Shown here: positions 15,916 to 24,624 of the stretch, in pieces
Numbering within the stretch: position 1 is the stretch's first letter
How the letters are laid out: every line of letters starts with the position of its first letter
Source: a virus
Lineage: Duplodnaviria > Caudoviricetes
Length of the DNA stretch: 54,669 nt
Virus record (IMG/VR): IMGVR_UViG_3300049167_000236
Location: 1-54,669 of that record
Direction: 5' to 3' (one strand)
The notes under the pieces: model-generated
What the model saw: the letters and a program-made list of their open reading frames with translations, nothing else
What the model was told of the DNA's origin: nothing
Database searches by the model: none
Translations under genes and position numbers: made by a program

Positions 15916-18162
15916 ATGAGCAGCGCGCCCGACAATCTCGCCAGCTTCGGTCCTGAGTGGAATTCCCGCCGGGTCCCGACGTTCGCTGGCCAGCACGACA
16001 CGCACATATCGACCGGCGAGGACTACTCGACCATCACGCTCGCCACCCTCTTCACGATGGAGCCGGGCGATAAGCCGAAAGGCGAAGGTCCAGCATTCAT
16101 CCCGAGCGATTACTGCGACTACGACGCGCGCAACCACGCGACACAGCGTGAGAAGGGCCTGTTCGTCGCGCTGACTGGCGACGTCGACAGCGGCAACCAC
16201 TCGCTGGCGCACATCGAAGCCCTGGTCCGCGGGATCGTCAAGGACCGCGCGTTCCTGATCTACAGCAGCGCCCACGCGCGACCTGGCGATATGCGCTGGC
16301 GGATCATCATCCCGGTCGAGACAGAGTTCACGTTCTCCTACTGGCACGACGCGCAGAGCGCCTTCTTCGACTACATGGAGGAAACCGGGGTCGCGATGGA
16401 CCGTGCGCTCGCCCGCGCCGCCCAGCCCGTCTACCTCCCGAACGTCCCGCACGCCCACGGCAAGACCGGGGAGCCCCTGCGTGGGCCTGATGGTAAGCCG
16501 CTCCACTACGAGCGCGCTACCAGCGGTACCAACGCTCCAGGCATCACCCTCGGCGATCCTGTCCTCGCCACGTACATCGCGATGCTTCGCCGCAAGCGAG
16601 AGGCAGATGACCGTGAGCGCGAGAGGATCCGCGCGGAGGCCGCTGAGCGCCGCGCCAAGGCACCCCTGCGTGAGGGCGCGCCGATCATTGAGGACTTCAA
16701 TCGGGCCAACTCGATCGAGACGATGTTCGAGCTCTACGGCTACGAGCGGTCACCGGCGAACAGCGACGACTGGCGCTCGCCGAAGCAGACGAGTGAGAGC
16801 TACGCCACGCGCGTGTTCGGCGACACATGGGTTAGCTTGTCGGGCAGCGATGTCGGTGCCCGCCTCGGAGCGACCTTCAAGGGTGGCTGCTACGGCGACG
16901 CCTATGATCTGTTCGTGCACTACGAGCATGGCGGCGATCACAAGTCCGCGTTCCGTGCGCTCTACCAGGAGCGCCGGGCGTCGATGCCCATGGCCGCTCA
17001 GAGCGAGCCTCCTGCGCCGGCTGCGGATGATCCGGGCTGGACTGAGCCGCCCGAAGGCGCGTCGGACATGGAGGAAGTGGTTGAGGCGGCGGCTGAGGCC
17101 ATTGCTGTAGCCGCGGAAGCCGACACCGATACGTTCCCGTTGCTGAGTCTCGCTGAGCTGGAGGCGCTGCCTGCTCCGGAGTGGCTGGTCGAGGATATGG
17201 TCGTCGAGGACGGCCTGACCGTGATCTACGGCGACCCTGGCTCCGGCAAGTCGTTCATCGGCCTCGACATGGGGCTGCGCATTGCACTCGGCATGGACTG
17301 GCACGGTCGCGCCACCAAGGCGACGGGTGTGCTCTACATCGCCGGAGAAGGCGCCCGAGGCTTCGGCAAGCGCGCACGGGGCTGGCGCCTGCATCACAAG
17401 GTCCAGGCCACAGAGGGGCCCTTCCTGCTCCTCCCCGTCCCCGTGGCGATGCTTCAGCCTGACCAGCGGTCTAAGCTCCTACGTACGATCGACGCGGCCA
17501 TCGTGCGTTCTGGTGTGCCCGTGGGCTTGGTTGTCATCGACACTGTCAGTCGCGCGCTTGCCGGGGCCGGAGAGAACGGCGCGGACGAGATGGGCACGTT
17601 CGTTGCCTGTTGCGACACTGTGCGGATGCACATCGGCGGAGCGGTCCTCGGGGTCCACCACAGCGGCAAGGACAAGGACCGCGGGATGCGCGGCTCCACA
17701 GTGCTCCTGGGCGCCTGCGACGGGGCCATCAGGTGCGACAAGGACGACGATATCGTCACCCTCAAGACCGAGAAGCAGAAGGACGCTGAGCAAGCCGCGC
17801 CGATCTACATGAAGATGGAGCGGATCGAGTGGGGCACCTCAGAAGGCCCCGAATCCACGCTTGTCCCGGTCCACCTCAGCCGCGCCCCTGACGAGAGCGC
17901 CGGCATCAATCGCAGCCAGATCAGCGAGGCTTTCGGCATCCTCGCGGACGCATGGTCAGAGGGCAAACCGCTGTCCTCCAAGCCGCAGACGAAGCGCGAC
18001 GGACGCTTTGCTCCAGGCATCTTTGCGCGGCGCATCGGGGGCACTGCAGAGGCCTGGGAATCGCTGCTCTTCTCGTGGCTCGAGAACGGCGCGGTCTCCT
18101 ACGAACTGTTCGATCGGAAGGCCAAAATCTCCGGCCTCCGCGTCATGAACCCCATCGTTTGA
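15916..18162 (+). CDS. Primase-helicase (AEP-like N-terminus, RepA/AAA_25 helicase)
   Basis: GDVDSG and YSSAH..RWRIIIP primase-like motifs; Walker A GDPGSGKS, Walker B VVIDT, HHSGK, MRGS. Confidence 0.85.
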   Translation: MSSAPDNLASFGPEWNSRRVPTFAGQHDTHISTGEDYSTITLATLFTMEPGDKPKGEGPAFIPSDYCDYDARNHATQREKGLFVALTGDVDSGNHSLAHIEALVRGIVKDRAFLIYSSAHARPGDMRWRIIIPVETEFTFSYWHDAQSAFFDYMEETGVAMDRALARAAQPVYLPNVPHAHGKTGEPLRGPDGKPLHYERATSGTNAPGITLGDPVLATYIAMLRRKREADDRERERIRAEAAERRAKAPLREGAPIIEDFNRANSIETMFELYGYERSPANSDDWRSPKQTSESYATRVFGDTWVSLSGSDVGARLGATFKGGCYGDAYDLFVHYEHGGDHKSAFRALYQERRASMPMAAQSEPPAPAADDPGWTEPPEGASDMEEVVEAAAEAIAVAAEADTDTFPLLSLAELEALPAPEWLVEDMVVEDGLTVIYGDPGSGKSFIGLDMGLRIALGMDWHGRATKATGVLYIAGEGARGFGKRARGWRLHHKVQATEGPFLLLPVPVAMLQPDQRSKLLRTIDAAIVRSGVPVGLVVIDTVSRALAGAGENGADEMGTFVACCDTVRMHIGGAVLGVHHSGKDKDRGMRGSTVLLGACDGAIRCDKDDDIVTLKTEKQKDAEQAAPIYMKMERIEWGTSEGPESTLVPVHLSRAPDESAGINRSQISEAFGILADAWSEGKPLSSKPQTKRDGRFAPGIFARRIGGTAEAWESLLFSWLENGAVSYELFDRKAKISGLRVMNPIV

Positions 18163-18165
18163 AGT

Positions 18166-18309
18166 GGCGGAGGTTTACATGAGTAACACACCTAAGTCAC
18201 TGAAAACCTTGGCGGAGGTTGTTGGCGGAAGTCGGCGGAAGTGGCGGAAGTCGTATACCCAAGTCATTGAAATCATTGGCGGAGGTTGGCGGAAGTTGGT
18301 GGCGGAAGT
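18166..18309 (+). repeat. Eight GGCGGA(A/G)GT repeats plus two AAGTCA(C/T)TGAAA boxes; putative replication origin
   Basis: Copies at 18166, 18211, 18224, 18234, 18243, 18278, 18288, 18301; boxes at 18194 and 18261. Confidence 0.75.
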
Positions 18310-18405
18310 TACCTCCCCTAAAGGGGACAAGTTCCGCCCGCTCGGCGCGGGCAACTTGCCCCGTCCGGGTTTGGGCGGGTTGATGACCTGCCAGGTCGTG
18401 CTGCC

Positions 18406-18663
18406 ATGACCGTCCACGTTACGCAGCACGCGATCGAGCGGTACCAAGAGCGGGTTGCCAACCTCCCGGAAGACCAGGTGCGGCAGATCCTCTCCAGCCC
18501 GTTCATCAACACCGCAGCGGACTTCGGCGCAATCTACGTCAAGCTCGCTACCCGGCACCGCGTCGTCATCGAGGACGGGTTTATCGTGACGGTGCTGTCG
18601 AAGGAGCGAGGCTCAGCGAAACGAGCGAGGCACATCATGCGCCGCGAGATGGAGGACGAGTGA
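18406..18663 (+). CDS. Hypothetical phage protein
   Basis: VTQHAIERYQERV...VVIEDGFIVTVL pattern. Confidence 0.7.
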   Translation: MTVHVTQHAIERYQERVANLPEDQVRQILSSPFINTAADFGAIYVKLATRHRVVIEDGFIVTVLSKERGSAKRARHIMRREMEDE

Positions 18664-18956
18664 TGGGCCGCCTCTCTCAACCACAAAGCCGGGCAACGAC
18701 GCGCCAGATGGTCAGGCGGATCCAGGAGACGCGGCTTGCCAACCAGGCTCGCAAGATCGCGGACGAAGAGCACCGGCGCACCGATCCGTTCGAGCAGGCC
18801 AAGAGCTTGCTTCAGCGCCGCGGATATCATGTGTTCGGTGCGGAGATACTCGGCGGACCCATTGGCATGATCATGGTCGGACGTGAGCTGCTGGAGCCGG
18901 ATCAGGTGATCGCGAAGGCCGAGCGGGTGAAGCTGCAGATGGAGAACAGCAGGTGA
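18663..18956 (+). CDS. Hypothetical phage protein
   Basis: TGATG coupling with GGAGG RBS. Confidence 0.65.
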   Translation: MGRLSQPQSRATTRQMVRRIQETRLANQARKIADEEHRRTDPFEQAKSLLQRRGYHVFGAEILGGPIGMIMVGRELLEPDQVIAKAERVKLQMENSR

Positions 18957-19315
18957 GTTCCGCGCCGGTTAAAAAATCATTCGGAAATCTGCCTGGGCCC
19001 GGTCCTGGTCGCCCGCCCGGTTTGCAGAACAAAACCACCCGCGAGGCCAAAGCAGCCATCGCGCAGGTGTTCGAACGCATGGGCGAGAAGCGCGGCATCT
19101 CCGGCACCGATGCGCTCCTGGCATGGGCGGAAGAGAACCCCGAGCCCTTCTACACCAAGCTCTACGCCAAGCTGATCCCGCTGCAGGTCAACTCGTCGAG
19201 CACGGTGACGCATGAGGTTGATCGCTCGCCGGAGGAATCGCGGGAGTACGTCAAGAACTACATCCTCGAGAACCTGACCGCGAAGTCGGGCTCGGTCGGC
19301 AGGGAGATGAATTGA
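18953..19315 (+). CDS. Putative terminase small subunit
   Basis: GPGRPPGLQNKTT...WAEENPEPFYTKLYAKLIP pattern of GRPxG-type TerS. Confidence 0.65.
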   Translation: MSSAPVKKSFGNLPGPGPGRPPGLQNKTTREAKAAIAQVFERMGEKRGISGTDALLAWAEENPEPFYTKLYAKLIPLQVNSSSTVTHEVDRSPEESREYVKNYILENLTAKSGSVGREMN

Positions 19316-19716
19316 TGTTCGGGCGGAACCCCACTGTCGTCTACATGCCTGGCCCGTCGCACGGCGGTCGGACCGAGTACATCACCCGCCAAGTCCACGA
19401 GCACCGCGCGCCAACAGACGAGAGCGTAAAGCTGCTGCGCGAGATGGAGCAGGCTGCCGAGGCAAAACGCATCGCCGGTATGAGGCTCGACCCGAACACA
19501 TTCGGCGGCGTCGTGGAGGTGATGAAGCGGGGCGACGATTACTCCACTGAGGCGCACGCGAGGTTCGAGATCAACGGCCGGCGCCTGAATGCGAAGGCTG
19601 AAGTCTCTGGCCTGATCGAGCCCACGGAAGAGCTGATGATCAAGCTGCGTGACGAGATGGCGCGCGTGATCGCGAGCGCGATGCTGGGCGAGATGTTGAA
19701 AAGGATGCCGCGGTGA
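19312..19716 (+). CDS. Hypothetical phage protein
   Basis: HEHRAPTDESVKLLREMEQAA; coupled ORF. Confidence 0.65.
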   Translation: MMFGRNPTVVYMPGPSHGGRTEYITRQVHEHRAPTDESVKLLREMEQAAEAKRIAGMRLDPNTFGGVVEVMKRGDDYSTEAHARFEINGRRLNAKAEVSGLIEPTEELMIKLRDEMARVIASAMLGEMLKRMPR

Positions 19717-20189
19717 CCGACGCCATCACCCTCGTCCGCCCCGACGACATGATCCTGCGCGAGGGTCACATCATGCTGAGCCAGCGCTCGGCCGAAGTCG
19801 ATACCTTCGACGACGAACTGGTCGATCTAATCGCCCGCATGGTCCGCATCGTGAACGATACCAAGGCTTACGGCCTCGCAGCTGTGCAGATCGGCGTGCC
19901 TCTTCGCGTCATCGTCACACGGTTCGACGGCGAGATCATGTGGATGGTGAATCCGGTGCTCACGCGGACGCTCAATCGGGAGGCTGTCGAGCGCGAGGGC
20001 TGTCTGTCGGTTTCGCCTGACAACTGGCGCACCGTCTCGCGGCCGGCGAAATGTGAGATCGCTTGGCGAGACGGGATGGGGCGAACCTACGAGCGCGGCT
20101 TCTCAGGCAAGCTGGCGCGCATCCTGCAGCACGAGATCGATCATCTCGAAGGTGTGCTCATCACCGACAAGCCGATCGTGAAGAACTGA
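19713..20189 (+). CDS. def: Peptide deformylase
   Basis: All three PDF motifs: AYGLAAVQIG, EGCLS, QHEIDHLEG. Confidence 0.93.
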   Translation: MTDAITLVRPDDMILREGHIMLSQRSAEVDTFDDELVDLIARMVRIVNDTKAYGLAAVQIGVPLRVIVTRFDGEIMWMVNPVLTRTLNREAVEREGCLSVSPDNWRTVSRPAKCEIAWRDGMGRTYERGFSGKLARILQHEIDHLEGVLITDKPIVKN

Positions 20190-20210
20190 CCCCTTACCCC
20201 CGGAAGGAGA

Positions 20211-20483
20211 ATGACGATGGAATATACACAGAGGCATGAGCACCCGGCCGATCCTGATCGGGATGTCCGCATGGCTTGCCTGACACTCGCGATGGGCAGC
20301 CCTTCAGTGATGGGCGGCGACGACGCGATCGAATACGCCGGGAAGCTGACCTACTTCGTGCTCAACGGCGCGCCGAAGCCGTTCGTAATCACCCCCGAGA
20401 TGGAGGCCAAGGAGCGCGCCTACGCCGAAGCAGCGGGCATCGAATACAAGCCCGAGAACATCACCCGCATCGTGGAGGTTTGA
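20211..20483 (+). CDS. Hypothetical protein
   Basis: AAGGAG RBS; 90 aa. Confidence 0.65.
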   Translation: MTMEYTQRHEHPADPDRDVRMACLTLAMGSPSVMGGDDAIEYAGKLTYFVLNGAPKPFVITPEMEAKERAYAEAAGIEYKPENITRIVEV

Positions 20484-20884
20484 TGATGTACGGACAGGAA
20501 GCACGGAGCCAGATGGCGGCGAACAACGCGGCGTACCGCGACCGCATGGGTGCAGTTCTCGGTGGCGAATCTGGATCTCGCACCTTCGACCCTGATCTCG
20601 ATTGTATCGCGCCGACTGACGGCAACCCGCTCGGTCAGCCCGCGCTCCTCAGCATCACCGAGCGTCTGGAGAAGGCGAACGTGATGGCGGCACAGATCCG
20701 CGAACGCCTTGGCCGTCACGCAGATCGACTGTTCGGTGAGGATTATGCCGGGACCCCCGTCGTCAGCAGCGGCCGGGATCAACGCGCCGGCTTGCTTGGC
20801 ACGATCGAGGACTCGCTCGACTACCTGTTGGAGACGCTCGTGCTCGCCGATGAGCAGGCCGCCCGCAACTGCAGGCTCGCGTGA
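20483..20884 (+). CDS. Hypothetical protein
   Basis: GGAGG RBS and TGATG coupling. Confidence 0.6.
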   Translation: MMYGQEARSQMAANNAAYRDRMGAVLGGESGSRTFDPDLDCIAPTDGNPLGQPALLSITERLEKANVMAAQIRERLGRHADRLFGEDYAGTPVVSSGRDQRAGLLGTIEDSLDYLLETLVLADEQAARNCRLA

Positions 20885-21033
20885 TGGAGCCGCCGTTCTT
20901 CCTCTACGACTACCTGCCAGAACCGTGGGCTGACTGGTGCTGCGAGCACCCGAACAACCTCGCGATGGTGTTCGCGAGCTTAGCGGTCTTGGTTGCTGGG
21001 ATCGCTCACGGACGGTACTTCGGTTGGCTATGA
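20884..21033 (+). CDS. Small membrane protein (49 aa, below ORF-track cutoff)
   Basis: MEPPFFLYDY...AMVFASLAVLVAGIAH; coupled at both ends. Confidence 0.5.
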   Translation: MEPPFFLYDYLPEPWADWCCEHPNNLAMVFASLAVLVAGIAHGRYFGWL

Positions 21034-21128
21034 AACACCCAATCGCCACCACCGTGTTCTGGTTCTTCGGCGTTCCGCTCGCGGTCTCGCTGCTGATCCT
21101 GGTGGGCGTGTTGAGGGGGTGGACTTGA
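21030..21128 (+). CDS. Small membrane peptide (32 aa)
   Basis: MKHPIATTVFWFFGVPLAVSLLILVGVLRGWT; 4-bp overlaps. Confidence 0.45.
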   Translation: MKHPIATTVFWFFGVPLAVSLLILVGVLRGWT

Positions 21129-21349
21129 CCACCCTCCACGTCATCAAGCCCGCCCCGATCGATGGCATCGTCGAGCGATGCGAGGATCTGCTCGATAGAG
21201 CCAAGTCCGGCGACATCACCTCGCTCGCCGTCGTGTATTACAACCGGGCCGACGAGATCGTGCCGATGTGGTATGGTCCGTTCGTCGAGGTGCTCGGTCT
21301 GGTCGACAGGCTCAAGTTCCGGGTGAACCAGTCGAAGGATGAGGAGTGA
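21125..21349 (+). CDS. Hypothetical protein
   Basis: LLDRAKSGDITSLAVV pattern; coupled chain; start approximate. Confidence 0.6.
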   Translation: MTTLHVIKPAPIDGIVERCEDLLDRAKSGDITSLAVVYYNRADEIVPMWYGPFVEVLGLVDRLKFRVNQSKDEE

Positions 21350-21579
21350 ACCGCTCAGCCCGCATCAAGGCGAGGCAAGCGCTTCGCGAGCGCGACGGCG
21401 ACGAGTGCTGGATCTGCGGTAAACCTATGCGCTTCGACGCTCAGCGGCCATACGAAGCACCTGAGTTGGCGACGATCGATCATCACACGCCGCTGTCTCG
21501 TGGTGGCTCGGACGACATGGCAAATCTCAAGCTAGCGCATTCCAGCTGCAACAGTGCACGCGGAAGTGTCGCAGCCTGA
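21346..21579 (+). CDS. HNH endonuclease
   Basis: RDGDECWICG...TIDHHTPLSRGGSDDMANLKLAHSSCNSARG. Confidence 0.88.
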   Translation: MNRSARIKARQALRERDGDECWICGKPMRFDAQRPYEAPELATIDHHTPLSRGGSDDMANLKLAHSSCNSARGSVAA

Positions 21580-21799
21580 TCTCCCCCTCGCCGAAGTCCG
21601 CCGTCGCTTCGCCGCGCTGACCAAGAGCCCATCATCTCGCAGAGGTCCGCTTGCTCGAGCAGCAAAGGCGGCGCTCAAGGCCGAGCGGCTGCGCGCGCTG
21701 GTCCAGCAGGGCATGCCGACGGCAGAGGCGGCGCGCGAGTTGGATATTGGGCGTAGCACGGCGTTCCGGTTGATTGGGAGGCGGGGACGCCTCAAGTAG
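21554..21799 (+). CDS. Small HTH DNA-binding protein
   Basis: QQGMPTAEAARELDIGRSTAFRLI; start uncertain (21554 or 21566). Confidence 0.65.
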   Translation: MHAEVSQPDLPLAEVRRRFAALTKSPSSRRGPLARAAKAALKAERLRALVQQGMPTAEAARELDIGRSTAFRLIGRRGRLK

Positions 21800-22460
21800 C
21801 CTCGGTGGGGTCTGCCTCTTGGACCGGCGGATTAGCGCGGCGAGCGACCTTCGCGGGCATGGTGTAAAGATACTCCAGCACGACGCGCGTGAAGGCCGCA
21901 AGGTCGACAATGTCCTCCTCGCTTGGCACCGCATCGTCGTGCGCAGCTTCGTTGCCGAGATCGCGGATCGAATGCGCCCACTCTGCAATGGCCGGTGTCA
22001 GGACGTTCTCGGCTGCCAGCTTGTTGATACGCTTCTCCAGCGTCCCCTTGAGCTCCGGCCCCTTGTCCTGAACAGCCAACTCGAGGACCCTGCGGTATGC
22101 CATACCTGCCATCTCAGAGTGGCCTGCTGCTGCACCATGCTCTGCCTGGATAAAGTTCCTCGCCACGTTCACTGGCACATCTGCAGGTGCTGTCGTCTCC
22201 TTCGGAAATGGCCAGATCGATACCACAACCCAACCTCCAGAGTGGAATGTCCTGGGCCACTTCATCAACTCATGATGCGCTTCAGCGCCTGGCACAGAGC
22301 GCTGTTGAGCAATCCACGCAGCTGACGGCTTTTCGCAAATAGGGCAGACGAGCAACGCTGTCCCCTTAGTCAAGTCCGGTCCGCGGTTCACTACCGCCTC
22401 TGTTCCCAAGGGAGCCTTTGGGGTGCCGCAGTGCGGACACGTAACCGAGAAGTAGGCCAT
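21792..22460 (-). CDS. DUF4145 (HEPN-like) protein with N-terminal Zn ribbon; moron
   Basis: CPHC/CPIC; YRRVLE...LEKRINKL...IRDLGNEAAH...LEYLYTMP. Confidence 0.8.
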   Translation of the reverse strand: MAYFSVTCPHCGTPKAPLGTEAVVNRGPDLTKGTALLVCPICEKPSAAWIAQQRSVPGAEAHHELMKWPRTFHSGGWVVVSIWPFPKETTAPADVPVNVARNFIQAEHGAAAGHSEMAGMAYRRVLELAVQDKGPELKGTLEKRINKLAAENVLTPAIAEWAHSIRDLGNEAAHDDAVPSEEDIVDLAAFTRVVLEYLYTMPAKVARRANPPVQEADPTEAT

Positions 22461-22542
22461 GCAATTCTCCGGGAGGGGAGAGGCAACTGTTCAACTTCGC
22501 AGGCGCGCTAGCAAGGACTCGTCGCCAGCAGTCCACACCCGC

Positions 22543-22570
22543 TTGACCCCCGTTCTTCGGAAATCATAGC
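22543..22570 (+). promoter_or_regulatory. Putative late promoter, copy 1 (TTGACC-N12-AAATCATAGC)
   Basis: One of five fixed-spacing copies; precedes 22604. Confidence 0.7.
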
Positions 22571-22603
22571 CGAAGGGCTGGACGTTGTTCGGGGGAAGTT
22601 CGC

Positions 22604-22888
22604 ATGGCTATCAAGTTCTCGTTCCATGGCGATCGAGCCCGCGAAGGATCGGGCCATGCGTTCGACGTTCTCGGGCCACGGATTGGTGCTGTTGTTACGG
22701 TCGCGGATGGAGCCTCTTCACCAGCGGTAGCGCAGTCGGGTCTCTATCGCATCGCCGCCACCAGCGCTTCGTTGATCAACATCGCGGCCGATGCGACGAA
22801 CGGCGCGAACGGGGAAGTCTTCCCGAACGGCCACATCGAGGTTCGCTATCTCGAAGTGGGGCAGCGCATTGGTGTGAGCGCAGGCTGA
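22604..22888 (+). CDS. Small beta-rich putative virion protein
   Basis: 94 aa; first gene after promoter motif; coupled to 22888. Confidence 0.6.
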   Translation: MAIKFSFHGDRAREGSGHAFDVLGPRIGAVVTVADGASSPAVAQSGLYRIAATSASLINIAADATNGANGEVFPNGHIEVRYLEVGQRIGVSAG

Positions 22889-24624
22889 TGGGGTTCTTTC
22901 CGCACGGCACCGCAGGTGGGGTGGGAACTGGAGGCGCCTCATTGGGCCCGAATTTCGTCATTCACAGCGTGTTGGGCGATGACGGCAACAATGGCAGGAG
23001 TATCGAAACACCTTTCGCCACCTTCACCCCTGCCGCTGCGGTTGTGCAGCCCGGCGACTACGTGGAGCACTACTCGCTGCCAGCAGAGCCGCTGCCGGCC
23101 TTCGCCGGCATCTGGCCTTCCGATATCGTCGTCACGGGCGACAGAGCCGGCGGCAAGTCGACGATCAGTGCAGCGCAGCGCCTTACCTGGACGCAGGACG
23201 GCGATCGCTTCTATGCGCCGCTTGCGGTCAAGCCCCGCTTTCTTGCCTACAATCTCACGCAAGATTTGGATGGCTCGGTGTCCGGGATGGACTTCACCAC
23301 CCCCGCATGGGCCGAGTGGCTGGCTACTTCTGGCGCGACGCTCGAGCAAGTGGCCCCGTGGACCGGGTTCCTGCCTGAGAACCCGTCGTTTGGCGCGGTG
23401 ACGGCAGGAGAATGGGGCTGGGATGATGCCCTGAAAATCGTCTGGATGCAGCCGCCCCCAGGATCGAGCCCCGATGCCGCAACCGTGGGTGAACTGGCGG
23501 TCTACAGCGATGGTCGCGCCTGCGCCAACATCCAGAGCAGCTCTGACACGAGCTACATCGGCGGTTCGTGGGAAGGTGGGCGCTACTTCTTCGCGCCGGC
23601 GACTTCAGACGGCGAAGGTTACGGGGTCCGCAACCGCTACGCCAGGGGTTTCACCTCTCGTCGTAACGAGTTCATCGCCTGCGGCTACCACGGCGAAGGC
23701 TATGCCGGGTTCAGTCGAGAGGGCAACGCAGCGCTAGACAACGTCTACAACGGCTGCGCCGGCGGCATCCCGCTGGTCTTTTACTACGCCGGCACCGGGC
23801 ACCTGGTGGGTAATCACCGTGGCGAGCGCCTGGTTAACAACGGCGCCCCATACCTAACGTGGGATGGAAAGCCCCTGAACCCGACCGTTTGGCCGGCAGT
23901 TCGAACGGCGTACTCACACACCGGCGGCGTTGGAACGCTGGGTAGCATCGCCTATGACCGCATCTGGCAGATTGATCCCTTCCGGACGATCATGGCGCAT
24001 CACGGGCTCACACCTCCGGCCGCCCCGGCTGCGAGTTATTCAGTCGGAGGGCGAAACACCCTCGTTGACATCAACGCTACCGGGAACCCCGCTGACTACC
24101 AGATAACCTGCACCAACAGCGTATTCCTCGGTGGCGGCAGCGGGCCCGAAATGAACGTCTGGTTCGAGAACACCCGCTTCGACGCGCTGGGTGAACCGCA
24201 ACAGGCCTTCTCGTGCGCCACCACGCCCGCTCTTTGGAAGTTGGGGCTCAAGAACTGCGGATGGACGGTGCAGGCCGCAGCAGTAACGGGTGTGTTCACC
24301 AACATCCGCAACAGCAACTCAGCCTTCTATCTCGAGGGCAACGAGGTCCTCAACGCGGGCGCCGGCGCCATCTTCTCCATGGCTGAGGAGGAATACGCCA
24401 GGGCCTTCTACTTGAAGGACAACCACTTCGACGCGACTGCAGGTGGGTGGCTGCTGACTATCCCCAACACAATGACACTCGCTCACCTGCAAGCTGCCGG
24501 GACCATCGTTAACGGTGGCGGAAACACGTTCAGCGGCGGGATGACTGCTGCAGTAATCAAGCGCGCCAATGGGACGGTGATACTTACCGCCGCGCAGTTC
24601 GAGGCGGCATTTCCTCCCGCTTGA
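22888..24624 (+). CDS. Putative beta-helix tailspike / polysaccharide depolymerase
   Basis: GDDGNNGRSIETPFAT...VQPGD motif typical of pectin-lyase-fold N-termini; Asn/Gly-rich repeats (RNEF, DNVY, NCGW, GNEV, DNHF, GNTF). Confidence 0.6.
   Translation: MGFFPHGTAGGVGTGGASLGPNFVIHSVLGDDGNNGRSIETPFATFTPAAAVVQPGDYVEHYSLPAEPLPAFAGIWPSDIVVTGDRAGGKSTISAAQRLTWTQDGDRFYAPLAVKPRFLAYNLTQDLDGSVSGMDFTTPAWAEWLATSGATLEQVAPWTGFLPENPSFGAVTAGEWGWDDALKIVWMQPPPGSSPDAATVGELAVYSDGRACANIQSSSDTSYIGGSWEGGRYFFAPATSDGEGYGVRNRYARGFTSRRNEFIACGYHGEGYAGFSREGNAALDNVYNGCAGGIPLVFYYAGTGHLVGNHRGERLVNNGAPYLTWDGKPLNPTVWPAVRTAYSHTGGVGTLGSIAYDRIWQIDPFRTIMAHHGLTPPAAPAASYSVGGRNTLVDINATGNPADYQITCTNSVFLGGGSGPEMNVWFENTRFDALGEPQQAFSCATTPALWKLGLKNCGWTVQAAAVTGVFTNIRNSNSAFYLEGNEVLNAGAGAIFSMAEEEYARAFYLKDNHFDATAGGWLLTIPNTMTLAHLQAAGTIVNGGGNTFSGGMTAAVIKRANGTVILTAAQFEAAFPPA

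Noticed and set aside
18164-18409. 81-aa ORF over the repeat array; also considered as a CRISPR array
   Set aside because: Translation mirrors the nonamer repeats; repeats are 9 bp without unique spacers and no cas genes are present
18971-18982. AAAATCATTC as a sixth late-promoter copy
   Set aside because: Core mismatched and no TTG at the fixed spacing
22585-22887. N-terminal 101 aa of the 679-aa ORF
   Set aside because: Overlaps the better 22604-22888 gene; true start is probably the coupled ATG 22888
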